The notes under the pieces are model-generated. The model did not search any database. It saw nothing but the letters and a program-made list of their open reading frames with translations, and was not told where the DNA came from. The position numbers and the translations under genes are program-made. This document shows, in pieces, positions 33,386 through 49,592 of a stretch of DNA of 64,000 nucleotides. The stretch is taken from assembly GCF_009914755.1 (NCBI RefSeq), contig NC_060947.1, one strand, 5' to 3'. Numbering within the stretch: the first letter of the stretch is position 1; the number at the start of each line of letters is the position of its first letter. This DNA comes from the human T2T-CHM13v2.0 reference genome, Homo sapiens.

Positions 33386-35369
33386 TATTGAAGTCCATAA
33401 GTGCATTAGTAGTTTAAAAACAAGTGGCCTAAAACCCATTTAATAGGTGATCAATTTTGAGAATCAATTAATTTTCCTGTATGAAAAACTCCTGCTTAGA
33501 AAAATAGCCCTCAAAATCTTTACAGCATTACTTCCCAGGACCTGAGCTAAAAATGTAAATCAGCTTCCTAAAGCTGGCCCGGATTTTTCCCATGACCTTT
33601 CAGTTTGTCTTCCATCTTCAAGTGCACAGTATCATCATAGGAATCACCTCAGCATTTGAAGCCCATGCATTCATTCTTTATAGAAAATGATTCAGTAAAG
33701 GAATGTGATGTATTCTGGTAACTACCTACCTGGTGATATTCACACCACCACCCAACCTTTTTTTCTTCTTAAAAAAATAGATCCTGGCTATTGTGGAAAA
33801 ACAGTTCTTTTTTTAATAGCCTAAAGGAAATAACAGTAGAAGTGTCAATCCATAATAAATTATGTTATTAAAAGTATTAAAAAGTGATTTCCTGTTTGCG
33901 TAAAATACCATTCTGTTTCTCTTAATTTATAACTTTCAACATTGAAGTTATTTATGTAGATACACCACAGTCTAACAGTACATTACTCTTACTGCAGGTA
34001 TCATTAATCATGTAATGAGACAAGTTGGAGTTCAACCTGTAGAACAATTTAGCCTCAAGGCTGAGGACCCAGTCAGTCTTCCATTTGATGTAAATAGAAA
34101 GTCTCTATAGACCACAGAGTAAATGCCAGTTTGAATGGTTCCATAATGTAATATATTTTCCCTTAAGAAAACCCTTCCTTCATAAAAAGAAAATCAACTT
34201 TTAAAATTCAATAATGCTCTCTTTTACCAACTTAGTTTTTCTCAGACATATTTATGGGTTTCACTTCAAATTATTACTCCAGAATCACTGCCATGATCAA
34301 ACAAGCACTAGTATAAAAACAAATACTTCAGGGATTTGTTTCATCATGAATAATATCATCAGTGATAATGGGCATAACAACTTTATGAGCCATTGTATGG
34401 TCTTACAATTTGGAAATTAAATGAAAAGCAAATGCGCCTTTCTTGGGACTTAGTTTATTTGATGCATATAATTACATTTTCAGGCAAATTGTCCTGTTCA
34501 CTATATGAAGGTTGGATATGGTGTATGTAATTTTCATAACTGGATATTGGAAATAATTCACTTGGGGTTAATTATACAGAAAACTGAACATGTAATTTTT
34601 ATTTGAGGCAATAAAGATATCTAATCTAAATATTTTTTCAAGATATTATAGACCATGTCATAGGCCAAGAAATATTTTATTAGTATAATGAGCAGTAATC
34701 ATAATGGAAAGGGTTTGGAATCTTGATCCTTTCATAGATAAACTATGAGAATTAAGGCAGCATCTTCCATAAACAACTCCTGCTAGTCTCTGTGTGTTTC
34801 AGGAATGGAGTGTACCACTCAGTGGGGGAAAATCTAACTTTAAGTTAGTGAAAACTAACAGGGCATGTAGATGCATGTGAGAGTGAGCATAATCAAGTCT
34901 TTTATTCTTCTACTTCTAATCAGAAAAAAAGTTCAAATTCCATTATGACATAATTGTTCTAATAATATTGATCTCTTTCCCAAGTACAAGGCTGAATTAG
35001 ATAATATTGCTTGCAATTCTGGCACATAATCCAAAAGGCCATTTATAGTTTCAGAGTGGATTAACTAAGAGTCATGCAACATTTGAGTGCCCTGAGTTGT
35101 GCTTTCTGACATCCACAGATCCATTAAAACACCCTGTTGCCCTATGACCACTCACCAATGACCTGTCCACTAAGAACCAACGAAATTAAATCCAAGCTTG
35201 CTCTCATCCAAGACAACCCCACTTCTCCATTTTCATGAGAGTATTGGAAACTGAAATGAAACACAGGGTCTTCTCATTTATTCTGTGAAGAGAAGGAGCA
35301 GGAGCAGTGCTTTTCAGAATTAGAATCAGTGTGAATGCAATTTGGCTTGGTTGTTTAAAATAGTACTTT

Positions 35370-38300
35370 GGAGGGAGTGGTCAAGATGGCCAACTAGAAG
35401 CAGCTAGTGTGCATGGCTTTCAGAAAGACAAATGGGAGGCGCGAGTAAATACAACACCTTCACTTGAAACATACAGGTACTCACACTGGGACTAATTAAG
35501 GAAACAATTGACCCATGGAGAACAAATAAAGCAAAACAGGACAATGGCCCACTTGGGAGAAACATGGAACCAGGAGAACTTCCCTCACCCAGGGAAGTGA
35601 TGAGTGAATGTGCGATCCCCGGAAACCACTCTTGTCCCATGGATCTTTGCTACCCTCAGTCCAGGAGATCTCCTTTTGAACCTAGTCTACCAGGGCTTTC
35701 AGTCTGACAGACAGAGATATATGGAGTCTCAGTAGAGCAGCCACTCAGGAATGCATGGAGACCCTGAAGCCTTAGATGCTTGGGCTTTCCTGTAAAAGTA
35801 GCTACAGCTCTGGCAAAGTGGGAGGTTAAACCCCCATACATACCCCTAGGAAAGAAGCTGAATGCAGGGGGCTAAGCAGCAACAACCTTTAAGCCCCACT
35901 TCCGAAACACCTCACAAGATAAGACCCACTGGCTTGGAATTCCACTGGTAGTGGCATTGAACTTCCCTAGGAAGGAGATCCCAGTAGGAGGGGTGGGTTG
36001 CCATCTTTGCTGTTTGGGCACCTTACCCATTCCAGCCTTCAGGTTTTGGAGAGTCCAAGCCAACCAGGGGTAGAAGGGATCCTCCAGCATAGCACAGCTG
36101 CTTTACCAAAACGTGGCCAGACTGCTGCTTTAAGTGGGTGCCTGATGCCTTCCTCCTCACTGGGTGGGACCTTCCAACTGGGGCCTCCAGCCACTCCTGT
36201 CTGTTGTCTCAGACTGACAAAGATTTGTAATCTCCCTGGGATGATGCTCCCAGAAGGAAAGACAGGCTGCCATCTGTACTGTTTTACAGATTTTGCTGAT
36301 GGTACCTCCAGGTACTGAAAAATCCAACACAACTAGGGACCGGAGTGGGCTCCAAGCATATTGCAGCAGCTTTATGGAAAAGTGGCCAGACTATTACACG
36401 GGCACTCATTCCCATATCTCCTCACTGGGCAAATCCTCCAGGTCTGGGCCTCCAACCACCCCCCAACAAAGCTATCATGCCTGTAGCAACTCAGCAACTC
36501 CTTGGACAGAGCCTCTGGGAGCAACTGAAAGCCTCTCTGCCACTGCCTCTGCAGTGAAACTGCCCTTGCCACCCTCGGACTAACAAAGGAGCAAAGACCC
36601 TAAGTGCCTTATCCACACCTCCAACAAGCTGCAGTCCACCCAAGGAGAGGAGGCCAATCTATCTCCCAAGAGTCTCATGCAGCTCCCACTGCTTGTCACT
36701 AGACAGGGAATCCCTGTCTTGGGCCCACAGCACAGACCCTTCATCCCGTGCTGATCGCACTGAGCAATTGCTGACCTTCATCTCTCTTGGGTGGAGCTCC
36801 AAGGAGACAAACAAATGACCCTTAGCCACAACCACTACTAAGATCCCTCTCTCTGCAGCTTCCAAGTTGAGGAAATAACATATACACTGAGATTGCTGCA
36901 GAACTGCAGTGGACAGCCCAGGAGTGCCAAGTCACAATCCACAGCTAGCACTCAAGTGGAAGAGGAACCCACACTTTCAGAGCATTGAGAGGGAACATGG
37001 CTGCAATGGTGAGGAAACATAGGGGAGCCACACAACAAAGCAAGAGTCTACTAACTGACCAATAAGCCTAAGTGTCATCTGCTGGATCACATCTCAAGCT
37101 TCAACACTAAAAATACCTCACTAATATACCCCCCTCTGAAACCAGAGACAAGAAGTCAGCTTCAAATAAAGACCCTACACAAAGCAATGGCTCTGTGAAA
37201 ACATGCAGAAATGAAGTCTACTGGCTGTACTCAATCTATACTGCAGTTATAAGAACACCCATGGGCAGAGATGGGAAAGAACCAACACAAGAACTCTTAA
37301 CTCTTAACTCAAATGGCCAGAGTGTCGTATGTCCTCCAAACAACTGCACCAGTTTTCCAACAAGAGTTCTTAACCAGGCTGAACTGTCTGCAATGACAGA
37401 AATAGAATTCAGAATATAGATAGGAACAAAGATAGTTGAGATTCAGGAGGATGGTAAAACCCAATCCAACAAAAATTAAAATGACAATAAAGTGATAGAG
37501 GAGCTAAACGATGAAATAACCAGTTTTTTTTTTAAAGAGAACGTAATGGGTCTGATAGAGCTGAATAACACAATACAATAATTTCACAATGTAATCACAA
37601 GTATTAACAGCAGAATAAACCAAGTGGAGGAAAAAATCTCAGAACTTGAAGATGGTTTCTCTGAAATAAGAGAGTCAGACAGAAATAAAGCAAAAAGAGT
37701 AAAAAGGATGAACAAAACCTCCAAGAAGTATGGGATTATGTAAAGAGGCCAAATCTCTGAATCATTGGCATCCCTGAAAGGGAGGGGGATAAAGCAAACG
37801 ACTTGAAAAATGTATTTCAGGATATCATCCATGAAAACTTCTGGATGGTTGCTAGAAGGGCCTTCTAGCTAGAAGGGCTTGCTAGAAGGGCCTTCTAGCT
37901 AGAAGGGCTTGCTAGAAGGGCCCACAGTAAAATTCAGGAAGTATAGAGAACTTCTGCAACATTCTACCCAAGAAGATCATCCTCGAGATGCATAATCATC
38001 AGATTTTCAAGGGTTGAAATGAAAGAAAGAATGTTAAAGGCAGCTAGAGAGAAAAGACAGGTAACCTACAAAGGGAACCTCATCAGGCTAACAGTGGACC
38101 TCTCAGCTGAAATCCTACAAGCCACAAGACATTAGAGGCCTATGTTCAACATTCTTAAAGAAAAAGGTCTTCAAGGAAGAATTTCATATCCAGCCAAACT
38201 AAGCTTCCTAAGTGAAGGAGAAATAAGACCCTTTTCAGATAAGCAAATGTTGAGAGGATTCATTACTACCAGAAATGCCTTACACAAGGTCTTGAAAATA

Positions 38301-41300
38301 ACCCTAAATATAGAAAGGCCACTACCAACAAATAAAAAAACACACTTAAACACACAGACCAGTTATCACTGTAAAGCAACCACACAAACAAGCCAACACA
38401 ATAACCAGCTAACAGCACAATGACAGGATGAAATCCATGCCTATCAATACTAACCATGAATGTAAATGGGCTAAATGCCCCCACCTTAAAGGCACAGAGT
38501 AGCCAGTTGGATAAAAAACAAGACCCTATGGAATCCTGTCTTCAAGAGACCTATATCATGCATAATGACAGTCATAGGCTCAAAATAAAGGGATGGAGGA
38601 AATCTATCAAGCAAACAGAAAACAGAAAAAAGGAGGGGTTATAAATACTAATTTCAAACAAAAGAGATTTTAAACCAACAAAGATGAAGAAAGACAAAGC
38701 AGGGCATTATATAATGGTAAAAAGTTCAATTTAACAAGAAGACCTAACTATCCTAAATATATATGCACCCAAAACAGGAGCACCCAGATTCATAAATCAA
38801 GTTCTTAAAGACCTACAAAGAGACATAGACTCCCACACAACAATAGTGGGAGACTTCAACACTCCACTGACAGTATTAGACAGATTATGGAGGCAGCAAA
38901 TTAACAAAGATTTTCAGGACCTCAATTCAACATTGGATCTGATAGACCTTTACAGAATGCTCCACTGAAAAACAACAGAATATACAGTTTTCTCATTTCC
39001 ACATTGCACATACTCTAAAATCAACCACACAGTTGAACATAAAACAATCCTTAGCAAATGTAAAAGAACTGAAATCATACCAAACACATTCTTGGACCAC
39101 AGCACAGTAAAAATAGAAGTCAAGACTGTGAAAATCACTCAAAATCATGCAATTACCTGAAAATTAAACTACACTCTCCTGAATGACTTTTGGGGAAATA
39201 ATGAAATTAGGCAGAAACCAAGAAGTTCTTTGAAAATAATGACAACAAAGATACCACATACCAGAAGCTCTGGGACATAGCTAAAGCAGTGTTAAGGGGG
39301 AAATTCATAGCAATAAATTTCCACATCAAAAAGACAGAAAGATCTCAAATTAACAGCCTAACTTCACAACTGAAAAAAATTAGAGAAGCAAGAACAAATC
39401 AACCCCAAAGCTAGCACATGATGAGAAATAACGAAAATCAGAACTGAGCTGAAGGAAATCAAGACGTGAAAAACCATCAAAAGATCAATAAATCCAGGAC
39501 TTGGTTTTTCGAAAAAAATTAATAAAGTAGGTCACTAGCTAGATGAATAAAGAAAAGTGAGAAGCTCCAAATAAACACAATTAGAAGTGACAAAGGGAAT
39601 GTTACTACTGATTCCACAGAAATAAAAACAACTATCGGAAACTATGAACACCTCTACACACACAAACTAGAAAACCTAGAAGAGATGGATCAATTACTGG
39701 ACACATACCCTCCCAAGACTAAGGATTTGATTCCCTGTATAGACCAATAATGAACTCTGAAATTGAAGTGGTAATAAATAGCCTACAAACTAAAAAAATG
39801 CCTGTGACCTGACAGATTCACAGCTAAATTCTACAAGATGTACAAAGAAGATCTGGTATCATTCCTAAAGAAATTAATCTAAAAAAAATGAGGAAAAGGG
39901 ACACCTCCTGAACTCATTCTATGAAGTCAGAATCATCTTGATACCAAAATCTGGCAGAGACAAAATAAAAAAAGAAAACTTGGGGACAATATTCTTGAAG
40001 AACATTGATGCAAAAATTCTCAAGAAAATACTTGCAAACTGAATGCAGTGGCACATCAGAAAGCTAATCCACCACAATTAAGTAGGCTTCATCCCTAGGA
40101 TATGACTCATCACATACACAGAACTAAAGACGAAAACCACATGATTATCTCAATAGATGCAGAAAAAGTTTTTGATAAAATTCAGCATCCTTCATGTTAA
40201 AAACTCTCAATAAACTAGGTATTGAAAAAACATACCTCAAAATAATAAGAAACATCTGTGACAAACCCACAGCCAACATTATACTGAATGGGCAAAAGAT
40301 GGAAGCAGTCCCCTTGAAAACTTGCACCAAGTATGCCCTCTCTCACCAATTCTATTCTACATAGTATTGGAAGTCCTGACCAGAGCAATCAGGCAACAGA
40401 AAGAAATAAAGTGCACACAAATAGGAAGATAGGAAGTCAAACTATCTCTGTTTGCAGACAACATGATGCTGTATCTAGAAAACCCCATAGTCTCAGCTCA
40501 AAAGCTCCTCTAGCTGATGAACAACTTCAGCCAAGTTGCAGGATACAAAATCAATATACAAAAATTACTAGCATTCCTATACCCCAACAACAGCTGAACC
40601 AAGAGCCAAATCAGAAAGGCAATTTCATTCACAATTTTCACAAAAAGAATAAAATACTTAGCAATATAGCTAACCAGAGAGGTGCAAGATGATCTCTACA
40701 AAGAGAATTATAAAACACTGCTCAAAAAAATTAGAAAAGACACAAGCAAATGAAAAAACATCCCATGCTCATAAATAGAAAGAATTAATATCATTAAAAT
40801 GGCTATATTTCCTAAAGCAATTTAGAGATTCAATGCTATTCCTATCAAATTACCAACGACATACTTTACAGAACTAGAAAAAATTATCTTAAAATTCATG
40901 TGGAACCAAAAAAAAAGCTCAAAGAGCCAGGGCAATTCTAAGCAAAAAGAACAAAGCTGGAGACATCATGTTACCCAACGTCAAACTATTCTGAAAAACT
41001 ATAGTAATCAAAATAGCATGATACTGGCACACAAACAGGCACATAGGCCAGTGGAACAGAATAGAAAGGCCAGAAATGAGGCTGTAAATCTATGATCATC
41101 TGATCTTTGACAATAGTAAAGACATGGAATCAACCTAAATGCCCATCAATGACAGATTAGAAAAAGAAAATGTGGTACATATACACCATGGAATACTATG
41201 CAGCTATAAACAAGAACTAGATCATGTCTTTTGTGGGAACATGGATGGAGCTGGAGGCTATTATCCTTAGCAAAATTAACACAGGAACAGAAAACCAAAT

Positions 41301-41570
41301 ATTGCATGTTCTTACTTATAAGTGGTAGCTAAATGGTAAGAACTTTCGAACACAAAGAAGGAAACAAGAGACACTGGGGTCTACTTGGGTGGGAAGGTAA
41401 AGAGCTGGGAGAAGAACAGAAAAGATAACTATTGGGTACTGGGCTTAATACCTGGGTGATGTCAATAATAATATGTACAACTAACCCCCATTACATGCGC
41501 TTACCTATGTAACGAACCTTCACATGTGCCCCCAAACCTAAAATAAAAATTTTTTTAAACTAAATAAAAT
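35370..41570 (+). mobile_element. Near full-length decayed L1P4 (L1PA15/16-like)
   Basis: 5' CAAGATGGCCAACTAGAAGCAGCTAG; ORF1 remnants (GRISYPAKLSFLSEGEI); ORF2 from ATG ~38420 with endonuclease and RT motifs broken by stops; deletion near 41112; A-rich tail. Confidence 0.93.
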
Positions 41571-42609
41571 AATGCCTCTTTACCTTAAAACCATTCATTT
41601 GGATTTTGGAATAGTTTCATAACTGAGAAAAAACTTTTAGAAAGGAGAAACTATTAAGTAAACTAGTTCTCCATGATATCCCCTTTTATTGGGTAGACTT
41701 CTTTGTATATAAAACTAAAAATGTGTCTGAGTTTTTCAGGGCCAAATAATATCACAAAAAGAATCTTTCAAATCATGAAACAATAATATTTGAAGTAATT
41801 CTTCTTCTTTCTTTCTTTTTTGGTTTTAATTGCTTTTTAGGTAGGTGATTGAAATCACTAAGTATGCCTGGATTTTCCAGTGTAAATAAATATTAATTTT
41901 GAACTTACAGAAAAACAAATTTCACTTTTTCGTCTAAATATTCAGTTATTGTATTTACTGGGAAATTTCCAGGAATGTTGCTATAACAGAAGGCTTTTAG
42001 CAAAAAGATTTATTTCTTTGAAGTAAGTATTAAGGAAAATATTCTGTATTGCTATCTTTAATACAAGCATGTTTAAAGGCTTATCTAAATTCTTCTTCGA
42101 CTTCACTAATATATGAAGTAGAGCTCTCCTATTCACTATTCCAGAGTATGGTATTATAAAGACAGATTTTACTCCTCATTCTTATAATAATGATAATATT
42201 TAATATGTCAGGCATTTTGCTAAACATTTCACATGTGTTTCACCTAGCATTATGGGATACTTACTATTCTAGCCCCGTTTAACATATAAGTACCTTGAAA
42301 GTTGGAAATGGTATGTAACTTCCCAAAGACACAGGCAGGGAAAGGCAGAGCAGAGCCTTGCTCTTCACTTCTCTGGGACTCGGTTTCTTCGTCTGAAAAA
42401 TAAGGTTGTTGGACTGGATTTCTTTTTATTATAAAATGTCATTATTCTGGGATTTTCAGAGACCCTTCAAAATAACTCAGAGCCATCTACATAAAGTAGT
42501 TTGGCTTACATAAAACTGAGATGTTATGGATAACTCTAGATTTTCATCATTCTAAGCATCTTAAAGGTCTTGATAAATTTGTTGTTAAAGTCTCATTACA
42601 GATATTTGA

Positions 42610-42900
42610 GGTCAGGCATGGTGCCTCAAGCCTGTATTCCCAGAACTTTGGGAGACCAATGGGGAAGAACTGCTTGAGCCCAGAAGTTCAAGATCAGTCT
42701 GGACAATGGAGCAAGATCCTCGTCTCTCAAAAAAAAAAAAAAAAAAAAACCCGCCAGGTGTGGTGGTGCATGCCTGTGGTACTAGCTATTTGGGAGACTG
42801 AGGTGGGAGAGGATCCCTTGAGACCAGGAGTTAGGCTGCAGTGAGCAATGATCACCCCACTGCACTCTAGCCTGTCCCCCAGCCTGTGTCAAAACAAAAA
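42610..42900 (+). mobile_element. AluJ
   Basis: Diverged dimer (TGCTTGAGCCCAG, GGATCCCTTGAG). Confidence 0.9.
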
Positions 42901-43032
42901 TATTTGATAAAGGATTTCTGCTCTCATGCTTTTTTATTGATTTTTATTTTTTTTTGTTCTATCTTTAATGAATTGTCAGGGCCCAGTGAGGAAACAGAAC
43001 AGATTGATGAATCTACAAATTAAGATCAGGTT

Positions 43033-43367
<335 letters not shown>

Positions 43368-43907
43368 TCAGGCCCCAAGCTCTAGCCTTTCGGCAGGTCG
43401 TCTACCTTTCAATCCAGAAATTAAATTTCACATGGTATCCACAGCTCTTACATTTGATCTAAATATCTCCTCAGATCCTGGTATGAGGAAATAGATTCAG
43501 ATCTTATTTGATTGATTAATATACAAAGGGTTAATCAGGAGTACTAAAAACAAATGTCAAGTCAAGGCAATAATCAGGAAGCAGTAAATATCATGGTTTA
43601 GAAGTAAGCAAGGCTAGGGCTGCTAAGTTTCATATGAATCCGTTTGTTGCAAAACATCTAAGATGTCTATTATGTATAAATTGTTCATTTCATTCAGTGT
43701 TTTTTTTTTACGTTGCATTCTTATATGTCTCTCTTTTTTGCACAGATCCTCTCTTCACACTTGGAGTGTAAGTAATTTTAACAAAGGCAAAAAAGATCAG
43801 CCACTGTTGTTTATTGAACTACCATGTATTACATACTTTTCTATTTATTCTGATTTAAATCTTTAGACAATGTTGTGAGGACAGGAGTATTGTACTCATT
43901 CACCAAA

Positions 43908-44568
<661 letters not shown>

Positions 44569-47500
44569 TAAGTGACAAAACTGTGGCTCACAGAAGTCCA
44601 TTATCTTTCCATTGTGTCATGATATGTATTCCTATATATAATTGTTTTCAGTTTTTAGAACTTACCTAAGCCTATAGCAAAATTATAAATGTAACATTAG
44701 AGTTCACAATATCTTAGACATTATCTTGCCTAATACCTTCCTTTAGAAATAGAGTCTGAGGCATGAGGACGTTAAGTGAGTTGCTCAAAATGGATATTTA
44801 ACAAACACTTGTTGAGTGACTGAAGAACAGAAAGCAAAAGGAGAATTTACTTTATCTGCAATGAGATCTGATTCTATGAAACATAGATACAAGCCTATTG
44901 GGGGCAAAAATGTATGGGACATACTTTGATGAAAACATCCTTGGAGGTTACTGAATACCGGGATTATTTCAATTTAAGTTGTGACATAAATGGATTTAAA
45001 ACTGCATTTCCATTCACTTTTGACAATAAGTCAGACAGCCTTGATTAAAGTGAAATGCTACACAAATGAACTCAAATGTAAGTGAAAATTTTCTGTAAAC
45101 TATAGGAGAGCAAGAGCAACATTAAACACAGCAGTTTGAGTTTACAGGACTTTTTGTAAAATCCCTGGGCTATAAAACAAAATAAGCAATGATAATAAAT
45201 AGTAATAGTAAAACTAATAGATCTATTATTGACATAATTTAATATTTCTCCCTCAGACAAAGATAAATAAAACATATTCATTGTTGCTCTTTGCTTCACA
45301 CACTGTGCTAAAGAAAATACACTTTCCTGGATAGAGTTTCTTGTTTTTCCTTTTTGTTTATGTGTTAAGTTGCAGACAATGGAAATGTTTTGGCTCAGCT
45401 AAAATTTTCAATCTAGCCATTTCCATTGGTGAACAACACAGGATACAGCCAGGCAGTTAAGATTGCTGACAGCGTCCGTGTGCTTTCTTCCAAAGATCCT
45501 GTTCATAACCAAACCTCAAAGTTGGGCAAAAATAAGTGAAGTCTGGGCCCTTGAAATTTCATTTTTTCCATTAGGGAAAAAAAATGTCACATACAACCTC
45601 TATTGGAAAGCATTTGAAGCACTCTGGGACAAGCTTTTGTGAAATCGGTTCTTGCTAAAATTCATAAGCAGAACTGGAGCTAGATTGTATAAAATACTAA
45701 GGGTGGGGAAAGATAAATGCAACCAGAATACCCAGTCACGGCTTTGGGTTGCAGATTTGGGAACCACTGTGTCTTTCCACTGGAAGTAAAATGCCTGTGC
45801 TATTACTATTGTGAGAGAAACTGACTAACGACATCTCTGAGTTAGCAGGGCATATGACTGGGACCACAGAATTATAGTGTAGTGGGCCTGCCTTGCCTCA
45901 GGGTTTTCAGCTCTTGTGTTCGAAGTGTTCTTGTAAAATAAAAACATCCTGCACTGAAGCTAAAATAAATAAAGATGTATTTTGAATGGAACACTCACTC
46001 TTCTTGCCTTCCTTTCCAACTTCCCTGCCTGTCTAAAAGAAAAATATTTTTTATTTGTTGGTGACATAGAACCATGATTAATTGCTTCTAACACCAAAAA
46101 TAGAACAGTAATCCTGCGACTCTCAGACACTGCAAAGCTGGTCTTGTTCATAAACTCAGAAGAGGCTCAGAAAATGTCTCAGAATAACCCATGATCCTGG
46201 CAGCAACAATTTTCCAACATAAATCTCAGTAGGAAATATGGCTTTCTGCTCTGTTCCTTTTACTATTCCTGTAGCTTGTTGCCTGAACTGGTAGAATTCT
46301 TCTGTGCAATCGCCCTACCATGGCTGTGAAAATAATGTTTCTACTTCCCAATTTTGTGTGTATGAGAACTAGAGAACAAGGTGATTGATGCTAATTCTCA
46401 TCACCATTCCTACCTCACCTGTTTTTATTTAGTTTTCATGACCAGAGAAAAGATGGTAGACAGACCTAGGAACACCATAAACATGGAGCATTGTGCTTGG
46501 AGCATTAGGAATTAGATTGCCTTCACTAACTTAATTATAGCATGGTATACAGCACAGGGAAGAATGGAGCCCAGTTTAGATAAATGACTGCCTTTTCCAT
46601 CTAAAGTTGGTCTATGAATATGGGTTATTAGCAATAAAGAACCAGTCTTGGGATAGATGTAATTCACAGATTCCACTAATAATGCAACATCCATAATGGG
46701 GTTTCGATACAAAATTCTCCTCATTCTCTCAGCTGCCACTGCAGGTTGTGTTTACCCCAAATCCACATGTCCCCAGGATCACCACAATTAGTATTTACAT
46801 AGAAAAACAAAACTTCCTACTTGACTTGGACTAACGCTTCCAATGTGAGGGTCTGTTTTCGTGCAAGATTTGTGATCCTTCCTAGTGTAAGCCTGGCATT
46901 TTGGATGAAGTGTAGGATTTCCAGTTCACTAGCAAGTCTTTCTGTAATGTGAGCTGTCAGAGATTTTAGTCTCTACTTTAGTGCACAGAGGCGTAAGTCT
47001 GATTTGATGATGTGCCTCTTCTGTGAAGCTTTCAAATTCTCATTGATGGTTGCTGCTCTGCTGGCTTCTTTGCCCTCCCCTCACTTGATGGCACTTCCTT
47101 TAATAATTCAGGAAGCTTCTTGGTCAATAATTGCATGTTCATATCACAGGTAGTAAAATTGTTCTAAATTTTCTTCGTTAGTGAAAATGGCATGATTAAG
47201 ACTTGTCTAGCACTCTACTTTTATTGAAAAGAGACATATACGCTAAAATGGAGTTGTTATAATCTGTCTTTTAAAAAGTAAGCAAAAAACTTTCTTAAAA
47301 CTTTTGGCTTTAAAATGAGAGAATACAGCAAATTCAACAATCCATTCAGATTAAGTTAACTGCTTTTTTGTGTTTAAGTAGTCCAAATGGAACTTTCACA
47401 TGTTTTCATTATTCAAACCCCTGTGACATTATTTCCCAGCAATTATGTACACTGCAGTTACGAGTGAAGAATAGGTCAACAGGATACCCTGACAAAGTAA

Positions 47501-47669
47501 TGGAGAATGAAAAATAATCTGATTTGTCTCACTGGGGATGCTAGTTATATTAATTAGAGGAGGAGAGTCTTCTCTCTGTAGTTTCATTTTATCACGCTTT
47601 AAAGCAGACTGGGCTCCCCAGATTCAAATATAGAATTGCAAACTTTTTCTTCATTTTGGTTCCTGAAGC

Positions 47670-47930
47670 TGAGTCTTTGGTTTCAGATCACTTGTGTGTG
47701 AATCCTGGTTTTTCCTTGTTCTAGCTACATGCCCAAGTTACTTAACCTCTTTTAATCCTTAAGAGGTCAAGTTATTTCACCTCTTTTAATCTCCATCTAT
47801 TCATTTGTGAAATGGAGATGACTGTAGTTCCTAATACATAGGGCTGTACTGGGGATTAAATGAGAAATGAGATGAGATCATCTTTATCATGATACAGGGA
47901 ACAAGTAAGTGCTCAATAAATGTTACCTGT
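47670..47930 (+). mobile_element. MIR with internal ~24-bp duplication
   Basis: GTGAATCCTGG..CAAGTTACTTAACCTCT..TGTGAAATGGAGATG..GTAAGTGCTCAATAAATG. Confidence 0.8.
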
Positions 47931-49592
47931 GGTTATAGTGTATTTCTGCACATATGGGTTTGTGAATTTCACCACTCAGGTAGCTGAATCAGTTTGAAAA
48001 GGACTGTCTTAAAATCATCAATGCATAAAGAGAGACGAATGATGAAGTGAAAAAAATAATCAAAGATATTTTAGAGCAACCTAGTAACAGTGTTTTATAA
48101 TAAGTTTTGCTGTGGCCTCCCAGAGTGAATGTAATTTAAATTTTCTCTCATCTTTTTTGGCAATGAACAATAAGTTCATAATTTCTATTTTCCGTGGCTT
48201 CTCCATTTAAGTCTGACTTGGTAGGTCAACATTGATTATTTAAAAAATGGTTGAGCAAATTTATTTCTATTTTTTTGTTAATAACCTTATAGAGAATTTA
48301 AATCTATGGTCCATACTTCAAATTTGCTTTCTAGGATCTGGCTGATTAGAGCAGGAAAACAATCTTAAGCTCTTTCTTGACTAGTGACAGATTGCTGCTA
48401 ATCTTCTCATTATATATAGCACATACAAATTTGCTGCTAAGCATTCATATATACATATATATACACATACACAACAATAAATATTCATATGTACACACAC
48501 ATTTATGATGTGAAAACTAATCCCAGAGTCAGTTTTGGGGTAAAGATAGTGTTTCAGTAAGATGTGAATTAAAACCATGGAAGCAAAGTTCTGTGTTAAA
48601 AAAAAAGGGGAGACTTTTTTTTAAGTAGCACAGAACAATAACAATAAAAACAACTGAATCTCACTAGAGCTAAAAATAGGTTTAGCGGTTTCATTCATTC
48701 AACATTTTTTTCCTGAATGCCATCTATGTGCCAGGCATTATGCTAGGATTTGGGAGTAAAAAATGAAAAGGATCTATTCACAAACATCTGTGTAAGAGAC
48801 TTCCCAAGTAATGTGCCCAAGTTTATGCCTGATGAATAAGGCCAGAACATAAGTTCTCTGTCTCCAGAGTCCATGTTTTTCCCACAATACCAGGTTGCTT
48901 ATTTTAGCAGACACTGTTGATGCCCTGTACCGATCCTCTCAGATCCCTTTTCCCAACTCTATGTGCTCATCTCCTAACTTCTGCATGTTGTGCTAGTAAA
49001 AGTTTGCACCTTTGACCTGAAAAGATTGCTCTTGGACACTGCAGTCTCCTTGCCTGAACAGAGTAAGAAATGTCTACAACTGGCCTTCCTCACGTTTCCC
49101 TAACACCCAAAAAACCTGGAGTGGCACATAGCCAATGATTGGTGTGGTATTATAAAAGTCCATTTCCTTTGCCACGAGGTAAAGCAAACTCTAAAGTGTA
49201 ACTCATGCTCCAAAACTCTCCATAGGATGAGGTTGAGCCCTCACCTGAAATTTCTTGGTTAATTTTCCTTGTCTATCTTGCTGTCCCTACTTTATTACTG
49301 ATTTTTTCCTGGGCATATTCTCACCACACAAATTTTCTCTTAGGGAGTGCTCCTGGAAGATTCTGAGTAAAGACATCTATATTTTGAGCTTTTTGTTTGT
49401 TTGATATTTTACTGTGGGTTTGTCTAAGTTTTAACTGAAAGATCATGGAAATAAGTTTTTATGAGATTTTTAGATCACATTGTGAAAATTAAATCAAAAT
49501 TCATCATTTGACATGATAATTTAATTAATAAAATATGAGTGTAGTTTATTTAGTGACCTTGACCAAGTCATTTTATCTATTCAGGTATCAAC

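Noticed and set aside
38142-41095. L1 ORF1/ORF2 fragments as functional CDS
   Set aside because: Numerous stops, frameshifts and an internal deletion; ORF2 stops after three codons.
44600-47600. Repeat-poor stretch as possible exons or enhancer
   Set aside because: No recognisable coding homology or convincing splice-bounded exon; conservation data would be needed.
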